A stretch of DNA of 49,111 bases from Clostridia bacterium (GTDB lineage: Bacteria > Bacillota > Clostridia > UMGS1883): the NCBI GenBank assembly GCA_045661145.1, contig JAZRFC010000015.1, positions 1-49,111 on the forward strand, given 5' to 3'. The position numbers and the translations under genes are program-made. This document shows positions 18,572 to 26,878 of the stretch, in pieces (position 1 is the first letter of the stretch; every line of letters starts with the position of its first letter). The notes under the pieces are model-generated. The model saw only the letters and a list, made by a program, of their open reading frames with translations, was not told where the DNA came from and searched no databases.

Positions 18572-20410
18572 TTAATTTTGCTGCTGCTTTTTAATTCTGT
18601 TAGCTTCCTTTGCTCTGAGGTCTGTATCAAGGATTCTCTTTCTGATTCTGAGGAAATTGGGTGTAACCTCCAAAAGCTCATCGTCAGCTAAGAATTCAAG
18701 ACTCTCTTCAAGACTCATAATTTTCGGGGGAGTCAGGCGGAGTGCTTCGTCACTTCCTGCGGCACGCATATTTGTTGCCTGCTTGCGCTTACATACATTT
18801 ACTACAATATCTTCAAGACGGCTGCATTCACCTACAACCATACCCTGATATACTTTTTCGCCAGGCCCTATAAACATAAGTCCGCGGTCCTGAGAGTTAA
18901 AGAGACCATATGCAACGGATTCACCTGTTTCATATGCCACAAGACTGCCTCTTGAACGGGTAGTGAATTCTCCCGGAACAACAGGCTCATAGCTGTCAAA
19001 TACACTATTGATAACACCCGTACCCTTTGTAGCAGTAAGAAGCTCTCCACGATAACCGATAAGTCCGCGGGAGGGAATACGGAATTCCATTTTTGTATAT
19101 CCTGCCGCACCTGGTGCCATATTTACAAGACTTCCTTTACGGGCACCGATACCTTCCATAACAACACCTGTGTGTTCGTCGGGAACATCAACAGTAAGCA
19201 TTTCAAAAGGCTCACACATTACACCGTCAATTTCCTTGTTGATTGTCTTGGGTTTGCTTACCTGAAATTCATAACCTTCGCGTCGCATATTTTCAATGAG
19301 TACAGAAAGATGAAGCTCACCTCTGCCCGATACAATGTAGCTGTCAGGAGAATCAGTTTCGGAAACTTTAAGGGCAATGTTACTCTCAAGCTCTCTTATA
19401 AGTCTGTCGCGGATGTGTCTGCTTGTAACGTAGTCACCGTCCTGACCTGCAAAGGGACTGTTGTTTACACTGAAGGTCATTGAAAGGACAGGCTCATCAA
19501 CGGGGGTAAAGGGAAGAGGCTCAACGACACCTGCTGCACAGATAGTATCACCGATATTGATTTTTTCAACACCGCTGATTGCAACGATTTCACCTGCACC
19601 TGCTTCTTCGATAACCTGCTTTTCAAGGTCCTTGTAGGAAAAAAGCTTGGACACTCTTGAATTATATGAATCCATACCCTCACGGCTGATTGTAATAGGC
19701 ATATTTGTTTTGACTGTACCGCGGTTGATTCTTCCTACCGCAATTCTTCCCGTAAAGGTATCGTAGTCAATGTTTGAAACAAGCATCTGGAATTCGCCCT
19801 CTCTTGTATCTTCGGGAGAGGGGATATGGGATACAATAAGGTCAAGAAGTACCTTAAGGTCGTCGGGGTGCTTATCGGGAGAAAGACTTGCCCAGCCATC
19901 TCTGCCCGATACATAAACAACGGGGGAGTCAAGCTGGTCATCCGTTGCATCAAGGTCAATGAAAAGCTCCAAAAGCTCGTCCGTTACCTCATAGGGGCGT
20001 GCATTAGGACGGTCTGCCTTGTTTACAACCATAATTATTGCAAGGTTAAGCTCCAATGCTTTTTTAAGAACGAATCTTGTCTGAGGCATACAACCCTCAA
20101 ATGCATCAACAAGCAGAAGTACACCGTCAGCCATTTTAAGACCTCGCTCAACCTCACCGCCGAAATCGGCATGACCTGGAGTGTCGATGATGTTGATTTT
20201 AACATCGTTGTACATAAGGCTTGTGTTCTTTGCCAATATAGTAATACCGCGCTCTTTTTCAATGTCGTTGGAGTCCATTACTCTTTCTTCCACCTGTGCA
20301 TTGTCACGGAAAACACCGCTTTGCTTTAAAAGGGAGTCAACCAATGTGGTTTTACCATGGTCAACATGGGCAATAATGGCAATATTTCGAATATTTTTTG
20401 GTTCTGTCAT
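18572..20410 (-). CDS. typA: Translational GTPase TypA/BipA
   Basis: Motifs AHVDHGKTT, ERGITILAKN, DTPGHADFGGEVER, GRGELHL and TN.RAAGSDE. Confidence 0.98.
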   Translation of the reverse strand: MTEPKNIRNIAIIAHVDHGKTTLVDSLLKQSGVFRDNAQVEERVMDSNDIEKERGITILAKNTSLMYNDVKINIIDTPGHADFGGEVERGLKMADGVLLLVDAFEGCMPQTRFVLKKALELNLAIIMVVNKADRPNARPYEVTDELLELFIDLDATDDQLDSPVVYVSGRDGWASLSPDKHPDDLKVLLDLIVSHIPSPEDTREGEFQMLVSNIDYDTFTGRIAVGRINRGTVKTNMPITISREGMDSYNSRVSKLFSYKDLEKQVIEEAGAGEIVAISGVEKINIGDTICAAGVVEPLPFTPVDEPVLSMTFSVNNSPFAGQDGDYVTSRHIRDRLIRELESNIALKVSETDSPDSYIVSGRGELHLSVLIENMRREGYEFQVSKPKTINKEIDGVMCEPFEMLTVDVPDEHTGVVMEGIGARKGSLVNMAPGAAGYTKMEFRIPSRGLIGYRGELLTATKGTGVINSVFDSYEPVVPGEFTTRSRGSLVAYETGESVAYGLFNSQDRGLMFIGPGEKVYQGMVVGECSRLEDIVVNVCKRKQATNMRAAGSDEALRLTPPKIMSLEESLEFLADDELLEVTPNFLRIRKRILDTDLRAKEANRIKKQQQN

Positions 20411-20429
20411 TTATATTCTTCCTTTCGGT

Positions 20430-21014
20430 TTATTTCCTCTTTGTATCTTTTTCAATTACGAATGTGCTCCAGGTGTCCGCATACTGTAGAAGCAGCAGAA
20501 GAGGAGTTTCTTTTGTAGCAACACTCTTATTATCGTCTACATACTGTCCGTCGTGGTACATAACTGCCTGAACTTCGCTCTCGGAAAGCGTGATATATGG
20601 AAGTGCCAGATATAAACTGCGCACGGGAACGCTGAGATATACAAGTTCATCATTTATTCTGTACGGAATTGTAGCAGGAAATCCATATTGTTTCTGTTTG
20701 GGCGTAGGCTCATTTTCAAGGTATTGGGGTTTTCCGGGCATACCTGCCTTTCCAAGGTCGTGAATAAGTGCCGTTATAATACAGCTTTCCTCATCAATAT
20801 CGGGAGCAACCGCCTCGCGGAATTTAAGCATGGTTTCCGCTACATTAACGCTATGCTCCAAAAGTCCCTGCTTTCTGCACAAATGAAATCTGGTGCTTGC
20901 AGGAGATGAAAGATAGTCTGTTTCATTTTCCATAAAATTAATAAGGGAATCAAACTCGGCCTTTCTTTTTATAACACGGGATTTAAGTGCCTCATAACGT
21001 TCTGTAACAGTCAT
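20430..21014 (-). CDS. HD-domain metal-dependent phosphohydrolase
   Basis: PAS.RFH...GLLEHS, ALIHDLGK, YHDG and QYAD; AAGGAG RBS; TTGAAA-17-TATAAT promoter at 21074-21046. Confidence 0.85.
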   Translation of the reverse strand: MTVTERYEALKSRVIKRKAEFDSLINFMENETDYLSSPASTRFHLCRKQGLLEHSVNVAETMLKFREAVAPDIDEESCIITALIHDLGKAGMPGKPQYLENEPTPKQKQYGFPATIPYRINDELVYLSVPVRSLYLALPYITLSESEVQAVMYHDGQYVDDNKSVATKETPLLLLLQYADTWSTFVIEKDTKRK

Positions 21015-21119
21015 ATGAATAACTCCTTAAAAAACTTTTCAATTTATTATATAACAAAACAGTATATATTTCAATAAATTTTAATTAAATATTGATAAAA
21101 TATATCAATTTGCAAAAGA

Positions 21120-21148
21120 GCATATAAAACGAAAAAAACTCCATACTA
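21120..21148 (+). promoter_or_regulatory. Sigma-G-type (forespore) promoter
   Basis: GCATA-N17-CATACTA matches the sigma-G consensus gHATA-N17/18-CATAcTA. Confidence 0.65.
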
Positions 21149-21169
21149 AGAGTGTAAGGAGGTTTAGTT

Positions 21170-21346
21170 ATGAAAAAAACATTTAGCTTCGCAAAAGGCT
21201 TTATCGTAGGCTCTATGATAGGCGGTGCAATCTGTATGATGATGGAGCCGCCGAGTAATACGAAAATTAAAAAAGCATACAGAAAAACAAGCCGTGCAAT
21301 GAAAACGGTAGGCTCAGCAATTGAGGATTTAGTTTCAATGAAATAA
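21170..21346 (+). CDS. Small 58-aa membrane-anchored protein (YtxH-like N-terminus); absent from the ORF track
   Basis: Hand translation MKKTFSFAKGFIVGSMIGGAICMMMEPPSNTKIKKAYRKTSRAMKTVGSAIEDLVSMK*; AAGGAGG RBS; promoter upstream and terminator downstream. Confidence 0.8.
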   Translation: MKKTFSFAKGFIVGSMIGGAICMMMEPPSNTKIKKAYRKTSRAMKTVGSAIEDLVSMK

Positions 21347-21384
21347 TAAATAAGCTGTGACAAATTGTCACAGCTTATTTATTA
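21344..21384. terminator. Bidirectional terminator, near-perfect 41-bp palindrome
   Basis: TAATAAATAAGCTGTGACAA-a-TTGTCACAGCTTATTTATTA; the arms end exactly on both stop codons. Confidence 0.8.
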
Positions 21385-21996
21385 AAATAGTCTGTAAACA
21401 CCCACAACCTTGCCCAGAATTGATACACTGTCAACAATGATAGGCTCCATAAAGTCGTTTTCAGGCTGGAGACGGAAGTGACCGTTTTCCTTATAAAAGG
21501 TCTTAACTGTGGCACTGTCGTCAACAAGGGCAACTACCATTTCACCGTTACGGGCTACCTCGCACTTTTCAACTATTACATAATCGCCGTCAAGGATACC
21601 TGCATTTATCATACTTTCTCCACGGACACGGAGCATATATACATCATTTTTCTTTGCAAAATCCATAGGGAGAGGAAATGTGCGTTCGAGATTTTCCTCT
21701 GCAAGGATGGGCATACCTGCACTAACCCTGCCGATTACGGGAACCTCAAGATATTCCTTCTCCATAGAAGAAATATTTGTAGGTACATTGGCAAGTCTGA
21801 TTCCTCTTGAACTGCCGTTGTCCTTAACGATATGTCCGTTTTTCTCCAATCTCTTCAAATAGCCGTGAACAGTTGCAGGGGAGCTGAGACCTACTGCATC
21901 GCAAATTTCACGGACTGTCGGCGGAAATCCTTTTTCTGAAACCTGCTTTTCAATAAAATTTAAAATCTGTTGCTGTTTATCTATATTAGCCGCCAC
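21382..21996 (-). CDS. lexA: SOS repressor LexA
   Basis: GFPPTVREI, SPATVH..L..LE, Ala-Gly cleavage site (VSAG), GESM catalytic Ser and TVK catalytic Lys. Confidence 0.97.
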   Translation of the reverse strand: MAANIDKQQQILNFIEKQVSEKGFPPTVREICDAVGLSSPATVHGYLKRLEKNGHIVKDNGSSRGIRLANVPTNISSMEKEYLEVPVIGRVSAGMPILAEENLERTFPLPMDFAKKNDVYMLRVRGESMINAGILDGDYVIVEKCEVARNGEMVVALVDDSATVKTFYKENGHFRLQPENDFMEPIIVDSVSILGKVVGVYRLF

Positions 21997-22026
21997 TAAA
22001 ACCCCTCCATAACACTTGTTTTTTCA

Positions 22027-22066
22027 ATTATAACACATAAAAAGCAAAAAATCAAACATTTGTTCG
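22027..22066 (-). promoter_or_regulatory. lexA sigma-A promoter with overlapping LexA (SOS) box
   Basis: Minus strand CGAACAAATGTTTG (22066-22053) fits the Firmicutes CGAAC-N4-GTTYG box and overlaps -35 TTGATT; 17-nt spacer; TGnTATAAT -10. Confidence 0.85.
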
Positions 22067-22208
22067 TAAAAATTTGAAAAATGTGTAAATTTTCTTTGTA
22101 ATTGTCCCTTTTTATGGTAGAATGTATTTACTCGATTGTCAAAAGGTAATTTTTCTTGACTTATTTTGAAGAAATTGATATTATATATAGTGTAAAGGAA
22201 GTGTTACG

Positions 22209-23393
22209 ATGAACGATAAACAAGAAATGGAAATAAATAAAGCGGAAGCTGTTATTGAAAAAAACGAGGGAGAAATTGAAGAAAAAACTGTCGATTCTCC
22301 CGAAAATACAGAGGTAAAAGAAGAAATGACAACTCAGGAGGAGTTTATTTCGGAGTTTGCCCCTGCGCCCATTAAAATTCCTAAATACAACAAGGAAAAA
22401 GAAAAGAAAAGGGTTCAGAAAGCTCACGCCAAGCAAAAGAAACAGAAATCAAAGAAAGCGAGAAGACGCAGAAGGATTATCCGTAAAATCCTGACTGTTA
22501 CAAGAGCAGTTGTTTTTTCCGTTCTTTTGTTCGTAGTTGCGGCTGCAACTGTTTCTTCACTTCTTGTAAAGCTTGGTACAACCGAGTATTCGGTTGAAAC
22601 GGCAATAAGAAAAGGTAATCCTGAGACCTTTGCGGTAGGCAAGGTAGCATATCCTGAAACGATAGGGCTTGAGCCAAGCTCGTCCAAGGCAACTATGGCA
22701 GATATTCTTCGTGACAACTCTTTGATATTGGTTACATACGACGATATCAAAATGGCGGTTGACAGGTCATCATACCCGTCCTTCGTTGCAAATGCGGCAT
22801 ATAATGTAATAAATTATTATTTGTATGGAACACCCTTCGAGGCTGTTTCAAGAGAAAGTATTTCAAAAAATCTTTATGAAAATGCATCTTATATAAAGAT
22901 TGTAACAGGCACGGAGCTTGGAGAAAGCCGTTGTGACGAAATTGCAGGATATATTGCAAATTCTACTGCGGTGAAAGAAGTTTCAGCGGCAAGTCTTAAC
23001 AGACAGACTGCAGTGAAATATACAGAAATTACCTCTGTGCTGTTCTCATCACTTGCACTCATAATTTTTGTGGTTGCTTTGCTTCTTCTTCTGGTTCTTA
23101 CAGTAATTTACTGCAAAGATTATTGGCACAAGATTATTGGTGCAGCAGTTATTCTTGCAGGTTTGGCAGTAGGTGTGGCAGGATTTTTCCTGAAGCCTGC
23201 ATTCACCTCAGCAAGTCCCTTTGTTAATTGTGTGATTGAGGCAATTACGAAAAACTTCTCACACAGTGCCGTTATCTATGCTTCAGTAACTGTTCTTGTA
23301 GGTATACTTGTTGTACTTATAGGAAATTCACTTGGTGAAGATGATGACGATGAATATTATGAGGAAGATTACGAAGTACAAAGTGCTGAATAA
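22209..23393 (+). CDS. Hypothetical membrane protein
   Basis: Acidic then basic N-terminus, one TM, a soluble region, three TMs and an acidic tail; AAGGAAG RBS; TTGACT-17-TATTAT promoter at 22156-22184. Confidence 0.75.
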   Translation: MNDKQEMEINKAEAVIEKNEGEIEEKTVDSPENTEVKEEMTTQEEFISEFAPAPIKIPKYNKEKEKKRVQKAHAKQKKQKSKKARRRRRIIRKILTVTRAVVFSVLLFVVAAATVSSLLVKLGTTEYSVETAIRKGNPETFAVGKVAYPETIGLEPSSSKATMADILRDNSLILVTYDDIKMAVDRSSYPSFVANAAYNVINYYLYGTPFEAVSRESISKNLYENASYIKIVTGTELGESRCDEIAGYIANSTAVKEVSAASLNRQTAVKYTEITSVLFSSLALIIFVVALLLLLVLTVIYCKDYWHKIIGAAVILAGLAVGVAGFFLKPAFTSASPFVNCVIEAITKNFSHSAVIYASVTVLVGILVVLIGNSLGEDDDDEYYEEDYEVQSAE

Positions 23394-23394
23394 T

Positions 23395-23422
23395 AAAGAG
23401 GGTGTATTATACACCCTCTTTT
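23395..23422 (+). terminator. Intrinsic terminator/hairpin
   Basis: AAAGAGGGTGTAT-t-ATACACCCTCTTT(T), directly after the stop codon. Confidence 0.7.
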
Positions 23423-23437
23423 AAAAAGGATTTTATT

Positions 23438-24400
23438 ATGATTATACCTATTTTTGTCCCTCATGAGGGTTGCCCCAACGACTGTGCCTTTTGTAACCAG
23501 CGTACCATAAGCGGTAAGAGTATGGCTCCAACAACAGATGAGGCACGCAGTACAATAGAAGAATACCTGTCTGGCGGAAAAACTGCAGAGCAGATAGCGT
23601 TTTTCGGTGGCAGTTTCACGGGCATTGATGTGAAAAAACAAAATGAATATCTTTCTCTTGCGGAGGAGTATATTAAGAAAGGTCTTGTAAAAAGTATCCG
23701 TCTGTCTACCCGTCCTGATTATATCGACAGTGATACTGTGCAAAGACTCATTTCCTATGGTGTAAAGAACATAGAGCTTGGTGCTCAGTCAATGGATGAA
23801 GAGGTTTTGATGCTTTCAAAGAGAGGGCACAGTGCAGGAGACGTGGAACGGGCGGCAGAAATTATAAATGAAAACGGTGCCGTTCTTGGCCTGCAGATGA
23901 TGACGGGACTTCCGGGAGATACCCATAAGAAATGTCTTTATACAGCAAGACGGTTTAAAGAACTCGGTGCAAGGGAAACAAGAATTTATCCAACGGTAGT
24001 GCTCAGGGGAACATATCTCGAAAAAATGCTTGAAAACGGCGAATATACACCTCAAAGTGTGGAGGATGCAGTAGAAATCTCAGCCCGACTCTATCGCTTT
24101 TTTAATCAGAATGGCATAAGTGTTTTAAGAATAGGACTCCCCGACGGAGAGGATTTAAGAAAAAATTACATTGCAGGTGCATACCACCCCTCATTAGGTG
24201 AAATGGTAATCAGCCGTGATATACGTAACCGTATTGAGGAAGAAGCTGTTTGTGAGAAAGTTGACATTCTTGTAAATCCTTGCTTTATTTCCAAGGTGAA
24301 CGGAAACAGAAAATGTAATATAAAATATTTTGAAGAAAAAGGAATTAAGCTTAATATAATTCCTGATACGCAGACAGAAGAATATAGTATTTTACGGTAA
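23438..24400 (+). CDS. Radical SAM protein (ELP3/YhcC-like, no SPASM domain)
   Basis: IPIFVPH.GCPNDCAFCNQ (CxxxCxxC), AFFGGSFT, STRPD and ELGAQS. ATG 23438 follows AAGGA; the GTG 23402 start lies inside the hairpin. Confidence 0.88.
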   Translation: MIIPIFVPHEGCPNDCAFCNQRTISGKSMAPTTDEARSTIEEYLSGGKTAEQIAFFGGSFTGIDVKKQNEYLSLAEEYIKKGLVKSIRLSTRPDYIDSDTVQRLISYGVKNIELGAQSMDEEVLMLSKRGHSAGDVERAAEIINENGAVLGLQMMTGLPGDTHKKCLYTARRFKELGARETRIYPTVVLRGTYLEKMLENGEYTPQSVEDAVEISARLYRFFNQNGISVLRIGLPDGEDLRKNYIAGAYHPSLGEMVISRDIRNRIEEEAVCEKVDILVNPCFISKVNGNRKCNIKYFEEKGIKLNIIPDTQTEEYSILR

Positions 24401-25237
24401 TATCCTGACAGGCGTTCCTACAACCGTTATATCAAACAGTGACTCAATATCCTCGTTATACATTCTTATACAACCGTTTGATGCGTCGGTCCCGATAGAC
24501 GAGGGATTGTTTGTTCCGTGAATACCGTATCCTTTTGCAGAAAGACCCAGCCACCTTGTTCCGTAAGGTCCGCCAGGGTCTATTTCTTTGTTCACAATTT
24601 CAAAATTCCCCACAGGTGTAGGTGTTTCAGGCTTTCCCGTTGCAACAATATATTCGCGGAAAATACTTCCGTTTCGGTAAACGGTAAGTCTTTTTGCCAT
24701 AATATTTACAATGATTTCAACGGGTGAGGGCGCAAGAGGAATGCATATTATCTGTCCCGGAGAAAGCCTGCGTGGGTTTATGTCGGGATTCAGGCGTATA
24801 ACATCCTCCTGGTCCACGTCAAAGCTTCGTGCAATATTCCTTAATGTATCACCGCTTCTTACTATATAGAAATTTCGTGTAGGGCATAGGGGAGGCTCAC
24901 TGAAACTTTGTGCAATACAAATTCTCTGTCCTACCTGGAGATTGTACGGGTCAATATCGGGATTTGCGCGGAGGAGCGCCTCCACACTTGTACCGAATCT
25001 TAATGCAAGTGATAAAATTGTATCGCCCGGATTAATGTTGTAAGGAAGTGTACCTAACGGGCAGGTGACGGGCTGATTGGTGGCAGATATTACGCATATT
25101 GTTCTTCCTACGGGGAGATTTGCGGGATTAAGGTCAGGGTTAAACCTCAGTATATTTTCTACTGTTGTGTCAAATTGATTGGCAATTTCAAAGAGTGTGT
25201 CACCCTCTTGTATTGTATAAAACTGTCCGCAAGCCAT
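24392..25237 (-). CDS. LysM (x3) + YkuD L,D-transpeptidase-family protein
   Basis: Three Y.I/V..GDT LysM repeats; YkuD motifs VATGK..TPTP.G and GIHGT...SNGCIRM; no signal peptide. Confidence 0.9.
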   Translation of the reverse strand: MACGQFYTIQEGDTLFEIANQFDTTVENILRFNPDLNPANLPVGRTICVISATNQPVTCPLGTLPYNINPGDTILSLALRFGTSVEALLRANPDIDPYNLQVGQRICIAQSFSEPPLCPTRNFYIVRSGDTLRNIARSFDVDQEDVIRLNPDINPRRLSPGQIICIPLAPSPVEIIVNIMAKRLTVYRNGSIFREYIVATGKPETPTPVGNFEIVNKEIDPGGPYGTRWLGLSAKGYGIHGTNNPSSIGTDASNGCIRMYNEDIESLFDITVVGTPVRILP

Positions 25238-25887
25238 TAGAGTATCTCCACCCCCGTTCCCACAGGAACAAGGTTAAACACCTTATCCATATCATTGTCA
25301 GAGAGGATAATATCTCTGTCGCTTTTTTGTGCAGACAGACTTGAAATTGCCGTGTCGGGAACAAGGAGATTGAGTCTTTTTCTGCCCCCGAATGATGTGT
25401 CAATCTGCTTTTGCACAACTTGAGAGGAAAAATCATTGAGGGTATTACTGCAAGGGAATTTTACCATATCACCCGATTTGTATTGTAATGTAAGAATATT
25501 TTTTTCTATACTGATACATAATTTTGGCGGTGCAAGGGGGATACAGAGTATCATTCCTTCATAGAGGTTATCTTCGTCTATTCCTATGTTGGAGTACATA
25601 ATCTGTGCAGTACTTACTCCAAAATACGAAGCTATTGAAAAGATAGTATCGCTCTTTTGTACAACATAATAGTTGCTTGTTTTACAAGTAGGAAAGTATT
25701 GAAGTGGCTCAGGAATACACAACGTATCTCCGATATTAAGTACATTTGCGTTTTCAATTGAATTAATTTCCTGAAGCCTTTCCACACTTGTTTCAAATCG
25801 TTTTGCCAGCATATAGAGTGTGTCGCCCGGTCTTACCGTATACGGGAAGCTTCCGGGGGGACAGTTCCACTCAATGTTACAACTCAT
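25237..25887 (-). CDS. LysM (x2) protein with degenerate YkuD-like C-terminus
   Basis: YTVRPGDT and YVVQKSDT LysM repeats. The C-terminus D...F..V.VGT.V.IL aligns with the neighbour but lacks the HGT/GC catalytic residues. Stop and start overlap at 25237. Confidence 0.8.
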   Translation of the reverse strand: MSCNIEWNCPPGSFPYTVRPGDTLYMLAKRFETSVERLQEINSIENANVLNIGDTLCIPEPLQYFPTCKTSNYYVVQKSDTIFSIASYFGVSTAQIMYSNIGIDEDNLYEGMILCIPLAPPKLCISIEKNILTLQYKSGDMVKFPCSNTLNDFSSQVVQKQIDTSFGGRKRLNLLVPDTAISSLSAQKSDRDIILSDNDMDKVFNLVPVGTGVEIL

Positions 25888-25931
25888 AAAAAATCACCTC
25901 ACGAACATTATATTCGCGAGGTGTATTTTTT
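25888..25931 (-). promoter_or_regulatory. Hairpin sequestering the RBS of the LysM operon; also a probable terminator of the GTPase operon
   Basis: Minus strand AAAAAATACACCTCGCGAA-loop-TTCGTGAGGTGATTTTTT-ATG. The G-U wobble exists only on the minus strand, and the GAGGTG RBS is in the stem. Confidence 0.6.
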
Positions 25932-25933
25932 GA

Positions 25934-26878
25934 TTAATAAAATGTAGCAAGTTCTTCCTTGGGCGGTGAGGTCATTGCTGTTTCCTCAATGTGGATAACA
26001 GGTCCCTTGCCCTGATAGAATTTGCAGTATTCAATCTTTATTGTACCCGTTACCATAACCCAATCACGGCTTTTGATACTGTGTTTATTCTTGCATATGC
26101 ATACAATGGGACTATACTCAACATCGTCTATACAGCAGGTCATAATGTGTCTTCCTGCAACAAAGGTATTGTCGGGCATTCTTGAATCGTATGCACAAAT
26201 TCCGCGGAACTTAACTGTTTTTCCGTTGTATTTGTCGGTTTCCTCAAGTAAATCTCTGTACCAAAGAGCGTAGTCACTGTCTTCAATCTTAATGACAGGT
26301 GCCTCAATGTCAAAGGGAAGCGGGTCTTCAATATCGTCATATTCAACATTCCCGTCGGGATATTCGTATGCAATGTCCGAGCGACGGCTCACTCCACGCA
26401 CAATCTTGTGAAGCTCCATTTTGTCAATACTTTTATCCATTCGGTTAAAAACGACAAGCTCGCTTACCTTTAATTTGTCAACCGTCTGATTACGCATATT
26501 CTGGTTGTAGTTTATGAATGTGGTCGCATCTGCAAACATCATACACTGAACAATCCTGAAACCTTTGGGAAGATTACCCATAAGTATTTCAAGGGGCCAC
26601 ATTCCGTTATACTCGATGATTACTCGTTCGCAGGCGGATTCTTTTGCCATTCGGGAAAGTGCCTTTGAAGTTAATTCTTCCGCATCTTCAATGGTCTTAA
26701 TCATCACATTGCTTCCCGAAAAAAGTGTAGGCTCGTACTCTTCAATACCTTCCTCACAGACAATAAGCAATGTCTTTTCACCGCTATTGAAACGCTCATC
26801 ACAGAGTGTGTCCTGAATGAATTTTGTCTTTCCTGATTCAAGGAATCCCAGGAATAAATATACGGGAATTTCTTTCAT
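25934..26878 (-). CDS. CobW/COG0523-related GTPase-like protein with C-terminal OB-fold-like domain
   Basis: GFLESGKT, CEEGIEEY, IIEYNGMW, VVFNR and C-terminal GRHIMTCCIDD; translationally coupled to the upstream gene. Confidence 0.8.
   Translation of the reverse strand: MKEIPVYLFLGFLESGKTKFIQDTLCDERFNSGEKTLLIVCEEGIEEYEPTLFSGSNVMIKTIEDAEELTSKALSRMAKESACERVIIEYNGMWPLEILMGNLPKGFRIVQCMMFADATTFINYNQNMRNQTVDKLKVSELVVFNRMDKSIDKMELHKIVRGVSRRSDIAYEYPDGNVEYDDIEDPLPFDIEAPVIKIEDSDYALWYRDLLEETDKYNGKTVKFRGICAYDSRMPDNTFVAGRHIMTCCIDDVEYSPIVCICKNKHSIKSRDWVMVTGTIKIEYCKFYQGKGPVIHIEETAMTSPPKEELATFY

Noticed and set aside
20430-21014. HD protein as a defence or prophage gene
   Set aside because: It sits in an apparent operon with typA, with no defence, cas or phage genes nearby.
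21085-21363. 92-aa minus-strand hydrophobic ORF
   Set aside because: Antisense to the 58-aa gene, which has a promoter, RBS and terminator; this ORF starts inside the terminator and has no RBS.
23402-23437. GTG start for the radical SAM gene
   Set aside because: It lies within a terminator hairpin; ATG 23438 has an RBS and matches the IPIF family start.
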